From the sequence record ON528726: a stretch of DNA of 64,000 nt; one strand, written 5' to 3'. Of the stretch, positions 37,337-46,251 are shown one piece after another. Origin of the DNA: Shigella phage ESh16. Position 1 is the first letter of the stretch. Every line of letters begins with the position of its first letter. A program made the translations under genes and the position numbers. The notes under the pieces are model-generated. The model saw only the letters and a list, made by a program, of their open reading frames with translations, was not told the DNA's origin and searched no databases.

Positions 37337-37501
37337 ATGAAAACATATAAAGAATTTATCAAAGAAGATATGGTAGCTGGAGATTCAGGTGGTAATCCTG
37401 AAAATATCTCCACTGGAACAACGTCAGGCGCTGTAGTAAATAAAGGTCCTGAACAGATTCCTAAAAAGAAAAAAGAGGAATCTAAAGAAAAAGAAGAGTA
37501 A
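37337..37501 (+). CDS. small hypothetical protein (54 aa)
   Basis: ATG 37337 after previous stop; Lys/Glu-rich tail; below track threshold. Confidence 0.3.
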   Translation: MKTYKEFIKEDMVAGDSGGNPENISTGTTSGAVVNKGPEQIPKKKKEESKEKEE

Positions 37502-37503
37502 AA

Positions 37504-38532
37504 ATGTCATCAATACCTTGGATTGATAATGAGTTTGCATACCGTGCATTAGCTCATTTACCTAAATTCGCACAAGTAAATAATAGTTCAACTTTTAAAT
37601 TACGGTTTAGATGTCCTGTTTGTGGAGATTCAAAAACCGATCAAAATAAAGCCCGTGGATGGTATTATGGCGATAATAATGAAGGAAATATTCATTGTTA
37701 TAACTGTAACTATCATGCACCAATCGGAATATATTTAAAGGAGTTTGAACCTGATTTATATCGTGAGTATATCTTTGAAATAAGAAAAGAAAAAGGTAAA
37801 AGTCGTCCAGTAGAAAAACCTAAAGAACTTTCTAAACAACCTGAGAAGAAAATAATTAAATCTCTTCCGTCATGCATTAGACTAGATAAACTGGCGGAAG
37901 ACCATCCAATTATAAAATATGTAAAAGCTCGTTGTATTCCAAAGGATAAATGGAAATATCTTTGGTTTACAACCGAATGGCCTAAATTAGTTAATAGTAT
38001 AGCGCCAGGAACATATAAAAAGGAAATGCCCGAGCCTCGTCTTGTTATTCCAATTTATAATGCTAACGGAAAAGCCGAGTCTTTTCAAGGACGTGCATTA
38101 AAGAAAGATGCTCCTCAAAAATATATCACCATCAAAGCTTATCCTGAGGCAACAAAAATCTATGGAGTTGAACGAGTCAAAGATGGTGATGTATATGTTC
38201 TAGAAGGACCTATAGATTCACTTTTTATTGAAAATGGTATAGCTATTACGGGTGGTCAATTAGACCTAGAAATTGTTCCATTTAAAGATAGACGTGTGTG
38301 GGTTTTAGATAATGAACCTCGTCACCCTGACACTATTAAACGAATGACTAAATTAGTTGATGCAGGAGAAAGGGTTATGTTTTGGGATAAATCTCCCTGG
38401 AAATCAAAAGATGTTAATGATATGATTAGAAAGGAAGGTGCAACCCCTGAACAAATTATGGAATATATGAAAAATAATATTGCCCAAGGGTTGATGGCTA
38501 AAATGCGGCTATCTAAATATGCTAAGATTTAA
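37504..38532 (+). CDS. 61: DNA primase gp61 (342 aa)
   Basis: Zinc ribbon CPVCGDS...CYNCNYH and TOPRIM-type acidic motifs; length as recalled for T4 gp61. Confidence 0.93.
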   Translation: MSSIPWIDNEFAYRALAHLPKFAQVNNSSTFKLRFRCPVCGDSKTDQNKARGWYYGDNNEGNIHCYNCNYHAPIGIYLKEFEPDLYREYIFEIRKEKGKSRPVEKPKELSKQPEKKIIKSLPSCIRLDKLAEDHPIIKYVKARCIPKDKWKYLWFTTEWPKLVNSIAPGTYKKEMPEPRLVIPIYNANGKAESFQGRALKKDAPQKYITIKAYPEATKIYGVERVKDGDVYVLEGPIDSLFIENGIAITGGQLDLEIVPFKDRRVWVLDNEPRHPDTIKRMTKLVDAGERVMFWDKSPWKSKDVNDMIRKEGATPEQIMEYMKNNIAQGLMAKMRLSKYAKI

Positions 38533-38729
38533 ATTAACCCAACCAAAGCAAATGCTAAATCTACGAATGTATCAAGAGTAATTACTGGAATATTAACACC
38601 ATGAGCAATAGCAATTGGTGATAAAACAAAATTCCAGAGTAAAATTCCTACCATAGCAGAAATAGTAAAAGCTATACGTTTTTTATTACCTTTTATGGCA
38701 TTAACAAGTGCCATTAATTTTTGTACCAT
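38529..38729 (-). CDS. small hydrophobic membrane protein on opposite strand (66 aa)
   Basis: ATG (complement 38727-38729) 5 nt after a perfect AAGGAGG SD (complement of 38734-38740); two hydrophobic helices; stop overlaps gene 61 stop. Confidence 0.4.
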   Translation of the reverse strand: MVQKLMALVNAIKGNKKRIAFTISAMVGILLWNFVLSPIAIAHGVNIPVITLDTFVDLAFALVGLI

Positions 38730-38741
38730 ATGTCCTCCTTA

Positions 38742-38766
38742 TTGCTTTATATATTTATTGTATAAT
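38742..38766 (+). promoter_or_regulatory. candidate MotA-dependent middle promoter for gene 56
   Basis: TTGCTTTA MotA-box-like at 38742-38749, 11 nt spacer, TATAAT at 38761-38766. Confidence 0.45.
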
Positions 38767-38800
38767 TAATCTACTAACCCATGAATTGAAAGGAAAAATA

Positions 38801-39319
38801 ATGGCTTACTTTAATGAATGTAGTCAACTGATTGAAGGCGCTGATAAAGCTCAAAATGAATACTGGGATATTCTCGGTGATGAAAAAGATCCGTTGCAAG
38901 TTATGCTTGATATGCAGAAATCTCTGCAGGTTCGTTTAGCTAAAGATAAACCTGAATATAACCGTCATCCTGATGATTTGGCTACTGCAGGTGAAGTTGT
39001 TGATTGGCTGCGTAATCAGAAAGATTATATTGATGATGAATTCCGCGAACTTCTGACTTCTCTTGGTGGTATGAGCAATGGCGAAAAAGATGCATCTGCT
39101 GTATGGAAGCCTTGGAAGTCGCAACACGGTGAACGTCGTGAAACTCTGATTACTGACTTATCTCCACAAGACCAGTTGGAAATTAAATTCGAAATGATTG
39201 ATATTCTTCATTTCGTTCTGAACATGTTCCAAGGTCTCGGTCTTACGGCTGAAGAAATCTTTAAACTTTATTATCTGAAAAATGCTGAAAACTTCGCTCG
39301 TCAAGACCGAGGTTATTGA
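38801..39319 (+). CDS. 56: dCTPase/dUTPase gp56 (172 aa)
   Basis: ATG 38801 after SD GGAAAAATA; MazG-like NTP-pyrophosphatase sequence as recalled for T4 gp56 (track ORF extends upstream). Confidence 0.8.
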   Translation: MAYFNECSQLIEGADKAQNEYWDILGDEKDPLQVMLDMQKSLQVRLAKDKPEYNRHPDDLATAGEVVDWLRNQKDYIDDEFRELLTSLGGMSNGEKDASAVWKPWKSQHGERRETLITDLSPQDQLEIKFEMIDILHFVLNMFQGLGLTAEEIFKLYYLKNAENFARQDRGY

Positions 39320-39322
39320 TGA

Positions 39323-39330
39323 TATAAATA
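39323..39330 (+). promoter_or_regulatory. late promoter TATAAATA upstream of soc
   Basis: Exact TATAAATA about 30 nt before soc ATG. Confidence 0.6.
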
Positions 39331-39361
39331 CACCTGTAATTAAACAATAAAGGAGTTTATT

Positions 39362-39598
39362 ATGGGTGGTTTCGTTAACATCAAGACCTTTACTCATCCA
39401 GCAGGTGAAGGCAAAGAAGTTAAAGGTATGGAAGTTTCTGTTCCGTTTGAAATTTATTCTAACGAGCATCGTATCGCAGATTCTCATTATCAGATCTTTC
39501 CTTCTGAAAAGGCAGCATATTCTACCGTAGTTTCTGATGCAGCTGATTGGAAAACTAAGAATGCTGCAATGTTTACCCCTACAGAAATAGGTGGTTAA
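39362..39598 (+). CDS. soc: small outer capsid protein Soc (78 aa)
   Basis: VNIKTF...HYQIFPSEKAAYSTV matches T4 Soc as recalled. Confidence 0.85.
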   Translation: MGGFVNIKTFTHPAGEGKEVKGMEVSVPFEIYSNEHRIADSHYQIFPSEKAAYSTVVSDAADWKTKNAAMFTPTEIGG

Positions 39599-39605
39599 TA
39601 ATTTA

Positions 39606-39629
39606 AGGACTCCTTCGGGAGTCCTTTTT
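39606..39629 (+). terminator. rho-independent terminator (GGACTCC-TTCG-GGAGTCC plus T6)
   Basis: Perfect 7-bp stem with UUCG loop followed by TTTTTT. Confidence 0.7.
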
Positions 39630-39640
39630 TCATTTTACTG

Positions 39641-39670
39641 GTTTACTTTCCAAAATGAGTATGGTATAAT
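39641..39670 (+). promoter_or_regulatory. early promoter (GTTTAC, TATAAT)
   Basis: GTTTAC 39641-39646, TGGTATAAT 39662-39670. Confidence 0.55.
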
Positions 39671-39696
39671 AGAATTATCTTATAGAGGAGAGCACT

Positions 39697-39909
39697 ATGT
39701 TAAATCGTTGGATTAAACCAAATGAAGACCTCCAGAAGGTTCTTGATAAAGCTATCTCTGATAAATGGGGTATGAAAAGCTGGGATTGTGATATCGTCAC
39801 GCATTCATTCATGATGCATGCAGATGGTTCAGTCGAGTTCAATGCTGAAATGCGATACACTGACTGGGGTGGATTTCAAAGAGTCGAATTTCAAAGAGGC
39901 TTTTTGTAA
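39697..39909 (+). CDS. hypothetical protein (70 aa)
   Basis: ORF with SD GAGGAGAG. Confidence 0.35.
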   Translation: MLNRWIKPNEDLQKVLDKAISDKWGMKSWDCDIVTHSFMMHADGSVEFNAEMRYTDWGGFQRVEFQRGFL

Positions 39910-40247
39910 TGTTTATCTTTAATTGGTTTAAAAGTTTCTTTACGGATTTTTTCTCTACAACTCCCGGAGAAGGTGTAGTTCCTATTTCAAATGACTACCT
40001 TCCTTTAACTGTAGTTGAATATGTTTATATGGGAGATGGAACAGTAGAAGCAGTTACTATGACTTATGAAGAAGCCCAAGAATATTATAAAAATCCTTGG
40101 CGCTGGTCAACACCTACATCATCTAATACGCAGAATACACAGTCTAGTTCTGATTCATATGATACTAATGTTCCTGTTCATGTATGGACGGGCGATTCAT
40201 GTGGAAGTTCTTGTGATTCTAGTTGTTCATCTACATCTTGTGATTGA
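39909..40247 (+). CDS. hypothetical protein with Ser/Cys-rich C-terminal tail (112 aa)
   Basis: C-terminus [18 protein letters not shown]. Confidence 0.4.
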   Translation: MFIFNWFKSFFTDFFSTTPGEGVVPISNDYLPLTVVEYVYMGDGTVEAVTMTYEEAQEYYKNPWRWSTPTSSNTQNTQSSSDSYDTNVPVHVWTGDSCGSSCDSSCSSTSCD

Positions 40248-40741
40248 GGAAAATTATGGAAGCGATTTTGTTTGAAATGTATATTAGCAGTAATAGTTTG
40301 TCGTTTGCTAAAGACGTTCCAATTACCGTAGCGGTAATGATTGATAAGGGTTATTGTGACCCAATGTATCTCGTAGAAAATTTTGTTTCAATGCCAGTTC
40401 CAGAAGATGCTGAAATAAAACTTAAAAAGATTGGTATTATTGAAACTGTACCAAATATTCCGTTTAGAGCAATTGAAGCATTTATTAAATCCGAATACAT
40501 TAATGTTAGCGCAGAACAATATAATGATAAACCTTTATCTTTTTATTCGTATGATTCAGTATATAGTTGGAAAATAGATAAAGGAAATAAATTTATAATT
40601 GCAAGTGAAGATGCTTTATCATACTTTATTTCTTCTGTATGGAATAGTTTACATCCAAATTTGCTAAAAATTCATGAATTTGATGATGCTCCTACTGTTA
40701 TTTTAGGTAAAACAAATGAGAGTTCTGAAGAAAATGCTTGA
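40244..40741 (+). CDS. hypothetical protein (165 aa)
   Basis: ORF; position roughly where T4 has mrh, not verified. Confidence 0.4.
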   Translation: MRKIMEAILFEMYISSNSLSFAKDVPITVAVMIDKGYCDPMYLVENFVSMPVPEDAEIKLKKIGIIETVPNIPFRAIEAFIKSEYINVSAEQYNDKPLSFYSYDSVYSWKIDKGNKFIIASEDALSYFISSVWNSLHPNLLKIHEFDDAPTVILGKTNESSEENA

Positions 40742-40919
40742 ATGGTTCAATAGACCAAACTCAATGTATATTGACGATGGTTGGGTTGAACAAGCAAATA
40801 AAGAAATGCAGAACGAATCGGAAGAATGGATGAAATCAATGATTAGTGCTGAGAAAGAAAAGAAATTAGAACGCTCAGCGCTTAAATTGATGAGAGACAT
40901 CTATGGGGATAAATCGTGA
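40716..40919 (+). CDS. hypothetical protein (67 aa)
   Basis: ORF overlapping previous; start uncertain. Confidence 0.25.
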   Translation: MRVLKKMLEWFNRPNSMYIDDGWVEQANKEMQNESEEWMKSMISAEKEKKLERSALKLMRDIYGDKS

Positions 40920-41072
40920 ACAGAGATATGACATTAGAAGAGGCTAAAGCTAAAGCAAATGAAGCAATGGATTTGCTTCTTAAAATTGGCAGTAAAATGA
41001 TGGAAGAAAATGAGAAATATATCCAGGAAAACAAAATTCCTGACGGTCCATTAGTAGGCAAAAGGAAATCAC

Positions 41073-41543
41073 ATGATTGAAGTAGCAAAACGATATTCAA
41101 TAGAATTTATGTCTAAAGAAGGTAAATCAGTAAATACACTTGATAAAAAGTGTTCATTAATTATTCCTTTAGCAGAAAATCCGGATCTTTTAATTAAAGA
41201 TATAAAAGAAAGAAAATATCCAGAAAATGTTATTCTAATTATAAAGCATACTGAAGATATTTTACAGAATACTGATTCACCGTTTTCTTCTTCTGAAGCT
41301 TTAACTATTAAAGGCTATAAAAGAGCTCATGAATATGGTCTTTTTGACCTGTTTGAAGACGATAAAGTTAAATTAGCTAGTCAACCTTATAAAAGTAAAA
41401 CATTCATTATTGAAGATATTAAAGATATAAATGCATTTGTTAAGATGGTCTGGGCTCATTTTGATGTTGGACTACGCTGGAGAATGTCCGAAGAAGAAAG
41501 AAAGATTATTGAAGCTAATCGTCATTTTGGTTTTTATCGCTAG
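41073..41543 (+). CDS. hypothetical protein (156 aa)
   Basis: ORF in track. Confidence 0.4.
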   Translation: MIEVAKRYSIEFMSKEGKSVNTLDKKCSLIIPLAENPDLLIKDIKERKYPENVILIIKHTEDILQNTDSPFSSSEALTIKGYKRAHEYGLFDLFEDDKVKLASQPYKSKTFIIEDIKDINAFVKMVWAHFDVGLRWRMSEEERKIIEANRHFGFYR

Positions 41544-41551
41544 GAATTAAT

Positions 41552-41734
41552 ATGGATTTATTTGAGATGTTAGAAGATAATCATTCTACGAATATCCAGA
41601 ATGATTCTAGTGATTATAAGAAAGAGTACCGTATAGTATTACAGAATTATGGAATTGAAGCCCCAGATGCTCTTCTAGAAGAACTAGCTTCATACCATCT
41701 TGACCCTCCGCCCTGGGCTCCCTGGGCAAAATAA
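41552..41734 (+). CDS. hypothetical acidic protein (60 aa)
   Basis: ORF in track. Confidence 0.3.
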   Translation: MDLFEMLEDNHSTNIQNDSSDYKKEYRIVLQNYGIEAPDALLEELASYHLDPPPWAPWAK

Positions 41735-41746
41735 TTCAAAAAAGTT

Positions 41747-41780
41747 GTTTACTTTCCTTCCTAACAATGATATGATAGCT
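41747..41780 (+). promoter_or_regulatory. early promoter upstream of modA
   Basis: GTTTAC 41747-41752, TGATATGATAGC extended -10. Confidence 0.5.
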
Positions 41781-41802
41781 TCTGAAGTATACGGAGGCTA
41801 TC

Positions 41803-42426
41803 ATGATTATTAATCTTGCAGATGTTGAACAGTTATCTATAAAAGCTGAAAGTGTCGATTTTCAATATGATATGTATAAAAAGGTCTGTGAAAAATTTAC
41901 TGACTTTGAACAGTCAGTTCTTTGGCAATGTATGGAAGCCAAAAAGAATGAAGCTCTTCATCGGCAGTTGAATAAAATCATTAAAAAGCATTTAACTAAA
42001 TCGCCTTATCAGCTATATCGTGGTATATCAAAATCGACAAAAGAACTCATTAAAGATTTGCAAGTTGGAGAAGTGTTTTCAACGAACAGAGTAGATTCAT
42101 TTACTACTAGTTTGCACACAGCATGTGGTTTTTCTTATGTTGAATATTCCACTGAAATAATATTTCGCTTAAAAACTGATAAAGCTTTTAATTATTCTGA
42201 CCATATCAGTGATATTATACTTTCTTCTCCTAATACTGAGTTTAAGTATACATATGAAGATACTGATGGATTAGATTCAGAACGTACTGATAACTTAATG
42301 ATGATTGTGCGTGAACAAGAATGGATGATTCCAATTGGAAAGTATAAAATAACTTCTATTTCAAAAGAAAAATTACACGATTCATTTGGAACATTTAAAG
42401 TGTATGATATTGAGGTAGTTGAATGA
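41803..42426 (+). CDS. modA: ADP-ribosyltransferase ModA-like (207 aa)
   Basis: R-S-E signature (LYRG, STN, EQEWMIP); first of two tandem paralogues; modA vs modB assigned by synteny only. Confidence 0.6.
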   Translation: MIINLADVEQLSIKAESVDFQYDMYKKVCEKFTDFEQSVLWQCMEAKKNEALHRQLNKIIKKHLTKSPYQLYRGISKSTKELIKDLQVGEVFSTNRVDSFTTSLHTACGFSYVEYSTEIIFRLKTDKAFNYSDHISDIILSSPNTEFKYTYEDTDGLDSERTDNLMMIVREQEWMIPIGKYKITSISKEKLHDSFGTFKVYDIEVVE

Positions 42427-43025
42427 AATATTCAGCAATGCAATTAAAAGATTTTAAAATCAAATCAATGGATGCATCGGTGCGTGCTTCTATTCGTGAA
42501 GAATTACTTTCTGAAGGATTTAATTTATCCGAAATTGAACTTTTAATTCATTGTATTACTAATAAGCCAGACGATCATTCTTGGTTAAATGAAATAATCA
42601 AATCTCGTTTGGTTCCAAACGATAAACCTCTTTGGAGAGGTGTTCCAGTTGAGACTAAGCAGGTGTTAAATCAAGGAATTGATATTATTACATTTGATAA
42701 AGTAGTATCAGCTTCATATGATAAAAATATAGCTCTGCATTTTGCTTCTGGATTAGAATACAACACGCAAGTTATTTTTGAATTCAAAGCTCCTATGGTG
42801 TTTAATTTCCAGGAGTATGCTATAAAAGCTTTACGTTGTAAAGAATATAGTCCGAGTTTTAAGTTTCCAGATAGCCATCGCTATCGTAATATGGAATTAG
42901 TTTCAGATGAACAAGAAGTAATGATACCGGCTGGAAGTGTATTTAGAATTGCGGATAGATATGAGTATAAAAAGTATTCAACATACACTGTCTATACTCT
43001 TGATTTTGAAGGATTTAATCTATAA
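42423..43025 (+). CDS. modB: ADP-ribosyltransferase ModB-like (200 aa)
   Basis: R-S-E signature (LWRG, SAS, EQEVMIP); ATGA overlap with previous. Confidence 0.6.
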   Translation: MKYSAMQLKDFKIKSMDASVRASIREELLSEGFNLSEIELLIHCITNKPDDHSWLNEIIKSRLVPNDKPLWRGVPVETKQVLNQGIDIITFDKVVSASYDKNIALHFASGLEYNTQVIFEFKAPMVFNFQEYAIKALRCKEYSPSFKFPDSHRYRNMELVSDEQEVMIPAGSVFRIADRYEYKKYSTYTVYTLDFEGFNL

Positions 43026-43081
43026 TGGAAGGACTTAGATTCATTATACCATGAAAGTTTTAAAGCATTTTTCATAAAGTT

Positions 43082-43116
43082 GTTTACAAGCTGAAGTAAA
43101 AATGTTATAGTATAAG
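43082..43116 (+). promoter_or_regulatory. early promoter upstream of srd
   Basis: GTTTAC 43082-43087, GTTATAGTATAAG -10. Confidence 0.5.
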
Positions 43117-43141
43117 TAGTTAACCCGTCCGTGAGAAAAAT

Positions 43142-43888
43142 ATGAAACTGTCTAAAAATCAAATTCGTAAAATTACACGTCGTCTAGAGCATACCCAGGC
43201 ATCTGCTAAAAGACGTTCTAAAGATTTTAACTTAGACTTCAATTACATTAAGAACATTTTAGATCAGAAAGTTTGCGCTTACTCAGGAGAACCTTTTGAT
43301 AATCGTATTGAAGGAGAGAAATTATCATTAGAACGTTTTGATAATAACGTTGGATACATTAAAGGGAATGTTATTGCAGTAAAGAAAAAGTACAATACAT
43401 TTCGTTCTGATTATACTTTAGAAGAGTTGATTGAAAAGCGTGATTTATTTGCTTTGCGAATTGGTCGTTCATCTGCGAAAAAGGTTCATAAACTAAATTT
43501 AGATGAAAAGAAATGGGCTAAAATCAAAAAGACTTATAATCAAATTAAAGCTATACAGAAAAAACGTGAAAACCGAATTGAACACATTTCTCAGCTTTCT
43601 AAATCAAAACAAACCTCAGACATTAAGCTAACGATTGTAGCACTCAAAGCTCGTATTGATGGTTCTCGTATAGCAGAAGGCACTGAAGTTGTTAAATTGA
43701 ACGTTCTTCTTAAAGGCTCTGATTGGAAAACTGTGAAAAAGTTGTCAGAAGCAGAAATGCAATATGATATGTGTGATAAAATTATTCAAGGTGTAGAGCG
43801 GTATCAAAACTTGTCTTTTATTGATAAACTTAAACTAAAAAGAGGATACCCGCTAAATTGTTCAATTTTTAAACTTATCCGAGGATAA
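43142..43888 (+). CDS. srd: Srd-like protein (248 aa)
   Basis: Size and position between modB and dda as in T4; basic helical protein. Confidence 0.55.
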   Translation: MKLSKNQIRKITRRLEHTQASAKRRSKDFNLDFNYIKNILDQKVCAYSGEPFDNRIEGEKLSLERFDNNVGYIKGNVIAVKKKYNTFRSDYTLEELIEKRDLFALRIGRSSAKKVHKLNLDEKKWAKIKKTYNQIKAIQKKRENRIEHISQLSKSKQTSDIKLTIVALKARIDGSRIAEGTEVVKLNVLLKGSDWKTVKKLSEAEMQYDMCDKIIQGVERYQNLSFIDKLKLKRGYPLNCSIFKLIRG

Positions 43889-43889
43889 T

Positions 43890-44201
43890 ATGTTTTATGT
43901 ATATGCGATAGTGTATAGAGACAAAGATGGATTTGCAGTGCCTGTTCCTCTTGATGAACACCGCCCTGCTGTATTTTTTGAAAGGGAGATTGCTGATAAA
44001 GTATTTACCACTCTTAAAGATCAGTATCGACTAGCTTTAGGTATGGGAATTCCGAGATTAGTTGAGACTCCACGCAAGTTTTGGTTTAATAAAATAGAAG
44101 TTAAACATGTTAAGCCTGATGTAGACACACAAAGATTATATCGGCGAATTTTAGATACTGGGCGTATTGTTAGTATACCAATTGCAGGGAATTTACGATG
44201 A
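43890..44201 (+). CDS. hypothetical protein (103 aa), dda.1 position
   Basis: ORF overlapping dda start. Confidence 0.4.
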   Translation: MFYVYAIVYRDKDGFAVPVPLDEHRPAVFFEREIADKVFTTLKDQYRLALGMGIPRLVETPRKFWFNKIEVKHVKPDVDTQRLYRRILDTGRIVSIPIAGNLR

Positions 44202-45517
44202 CATTTGATGATTTGACCGAAGGCCAGAAAAATGCCTTTAACATCGTTATGAGGGCTATTAAAGAAAAGAAACATCATGTAACTATTAATGGACCTGCTG
44301 GTACTGGTAAGACTACTCTTACTAAGTTCATCATTGAAGCCTTAATATCTACGGGCGAAACTGGCATTATTTTAGCAGCTCCTACTCATGCAGCTAAAAA
44401 GATTCTTTCTAAACTGTCAGGGAAAGAAGCGAGTACTATTCACAGTATTCTCAAAATTAACCCGGTAACATATGAAGAAAACGTTCTTTTTGAACAAAAA
44501 GAAGTACCGGATTTAGCTAAATGCAGAGTATTAATCTGCGACGAAGTGTCAATGTATGATAGAAAGCTATTTAAAATTCTGCTTTCAACTATCCCGCCGT
44601 GGTGTACTATAATTGGAATAGGCGATAATAAGCAAATTAGACCTGTTGACCCAGGAGAAAACACTGCTTATATCAGTCCGTTCTTTACACATAAAGATTT
44701 TTATCAGTGTGAACTCACTGAAGTTAAACGCAGTAATGCTCCTATTATTGATGTAGCTACTGATGTTCGCAACGGTAAGTGGATTTATGATAAAGTTGTT
44801 GACGGGCATGGAGTACGTGGATTTACTGGTGATACCGCTTTACGCGATTTTATGGTAAATTATTTTTCAATCGTAAAATCATTAGATGATTTGTTTGAAA
44901 ATCGCGTAATGGCATTTACGAATAAATCTGTTGACAAGTTAAATAACATTATTCGTAAAAAGATTTTTGAAACTGATAAAGATTTTATCGTTGGTGAAAT
45001 TATTGTAATGCAGGAACCATTAATTAAAACATATAAAATTGATGGAAAGCCTGTGTCAGAAATTATTTTTAATAACGGACAATTAGTTCGTATTATAGAA
45101 GCAGAGTATACATCAACATTTGTTAAAGCTCGTGGTGTTTCTGGAGAATATCTAATTCGTCATTGGGATTTAACAGTAGAAACTTACGGCGATGATGAAT
45201 ATTATCGTGAAAAGATTAAAATAATTTCATCTGATGAAGAGCTGTATAAGTTTAACTTATTTTTAGGTAAAACGGCAGAAACGTATAAAAATTGGAATAA
45301 AGGTGGAAAAGCTCCTTGGAGTGATTTTTGGGATGCTAAATCGCAGTTTAGTAAAGTGAAAGCACTTCCTGCATCAACATTCCACAAAGCTCAGGGCATG
45401 TCTGTAGATCGTGCTTTCATCTACACACCTTGTATTCATTATGCAGATGCTGAATTGGCTCAGCAGCTTCTTTATGTTGGTGTCACTCGTGGTCGTTATG
45501 ATGTGTTTTATGTGTGA
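44198..45517 (+). CDS. dda: Dda DNA helicase, SF1B (439 aa)
   Basis: Walker A GPAGTGKTT and MTFDDLTEGQKNAFNIV as recalled for T4 Dda; 439 aa. Confidence 0.95.
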   Translation: MTFDDLTEGQKNAFNIVMRAIKEKKHHVTINGPAGTGKTTLTKFIIEALISTGETGIILAAPTHAAKKILSKLSGKEASTIHSILKINPVTYEENVLFEQKEVPDLAKCRVLICDEVSMYDRKLFKILLSTIPPWCTIIGIGDNKQIRPVDPGENTAYISPFFTHKDFYQCELTEVKRSNAPIIDVATDVRNGKWIYDKVVDGHGVRGFTGDTALRDFMVNYFSIVKSLDDLFENRVMAFTNKSVDKLNNIIRKKIFETDKDFIVGEIIVMQEPLIKTYKIDGKPVSEIIFNNGQLVRIIEAEYTSTFVKARGVSGEYLIRHWDLTVETYGDDEYYREKIKIISSDEELYKFNLFLGKTAETYKNWNKGGKAPWSDFWDAKSQFSKVKALPASTFHKAQGMSVDRAFIYTPCIHYADAELAQQLLYVGVTRGRYDVFYV

Positions 45518-45523
45518 GGATAT

Positions 45524-45784
45524 ATGATTAACATCAATTCAAAATATTTAAATCGTCTAATAGATGGTATAAAGAAGCACACTGATAAGCAAGATAACCT
45601 CAGTGTTATGGTAACAGGAGCTGAGCTCCTTTATAAGCTTAATCTTATAAGTGATACTATACTAGCAATTAAACGAATTGAAAAACAATCATATCACAGT
45701 AATACAGACACGGTAATTACGCTAGATGAAAGTGTCTGTAAGCTGCTGATTAAATTTGAGGAAGCTATTCGTGGAAATAACTAA
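45524..45784 (+). CDS. hypothetical protein (86 aa)
   Basis: ORF in track. Confidence 0.35.
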   Translation: MININSKYLNRLIDGIKKHTDKQDNLSVMVTGAELLYKLNLISDTILAIKRIEKQSYHSNTDTVITLDESVCKLLIKFEEAIRGNN

Positions 45785-46016
45785 AGACCAGTTTTATCTG
45801 CTTCAAGATAAAGTGAGCGAAATTTATGAAATAGCTTATAGTAAAAATCGCAAAAACGTGAAAATTGAATCAGGCAAGTTAATGCTTCAATTGGAAGAAA
45901 TTGAACGAGATTTGATTGCGTTAGAATTCTTTTGCGGCGAAGTGAAAACTGTTACAATCAGTGATTATGTTTTAGGTGAAATTAGCCATCTTTATAAGGC
46001 GGTTATTAATGATTGA
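45771..46016 (+). CDS. hypothetical protein, tandem paralogue (about 81 aa)
   Basis: Probable GTG start 45771; LEEIERDL and ISDYVLGEI blocks match the next ORF. Confidence 0.35.
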   Translation: MEITKDQFYLLQDKVSEIYEIAYSKNRKNVKIESGKLMLQLEEIERDLIALEFFCGEVKTVTISDYVLGEISHLYKAVIND

Positions 46017-46251
46017 ATTAAGTTTGCAGCAGTTTAAATCTCTTATGACAAATGTTAAAGCTGTCATCCAAGAAAATTCAGGACCTGATAATGTTACTAT
46101 TCGCGAAAAAGCTTTAAAGATAGTATACAGTCTTGAAGAGATACAAAAAGATATTGAATCTATGGCAAAATTTATTGATGAGCCTATTAATAAAGTTTAT
46201 ATCCAAGATTATACTGTAGGTCAAATTCGCGATTTAGCGAGGAAAATTTAA
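46009..46251 (+). CDS. hypothetical protein, tandem paralogue (80 aa)
   Basis: ATG 46009 overlapping previous stop (ATGATTGA); LEEIQKDI and IQDYTVGQI blocks. Confidence 0.35.
   Translation: MIELSLQQFKSLMTNVKAVIQENSGPDNVTIREKALKIVYSLEEIQKDIESMAKFIDEPINKVYIQDYTVGQIRDLARKI

Noticed and set aside
38735-38800. Late-promoter-like TATATAAAG on the minus strand upstream of the antisense ORF
   Set aside because: 7 of 8 match to TATAAATA only, and positioned almost on top of the SD; insufficient to call a promoter
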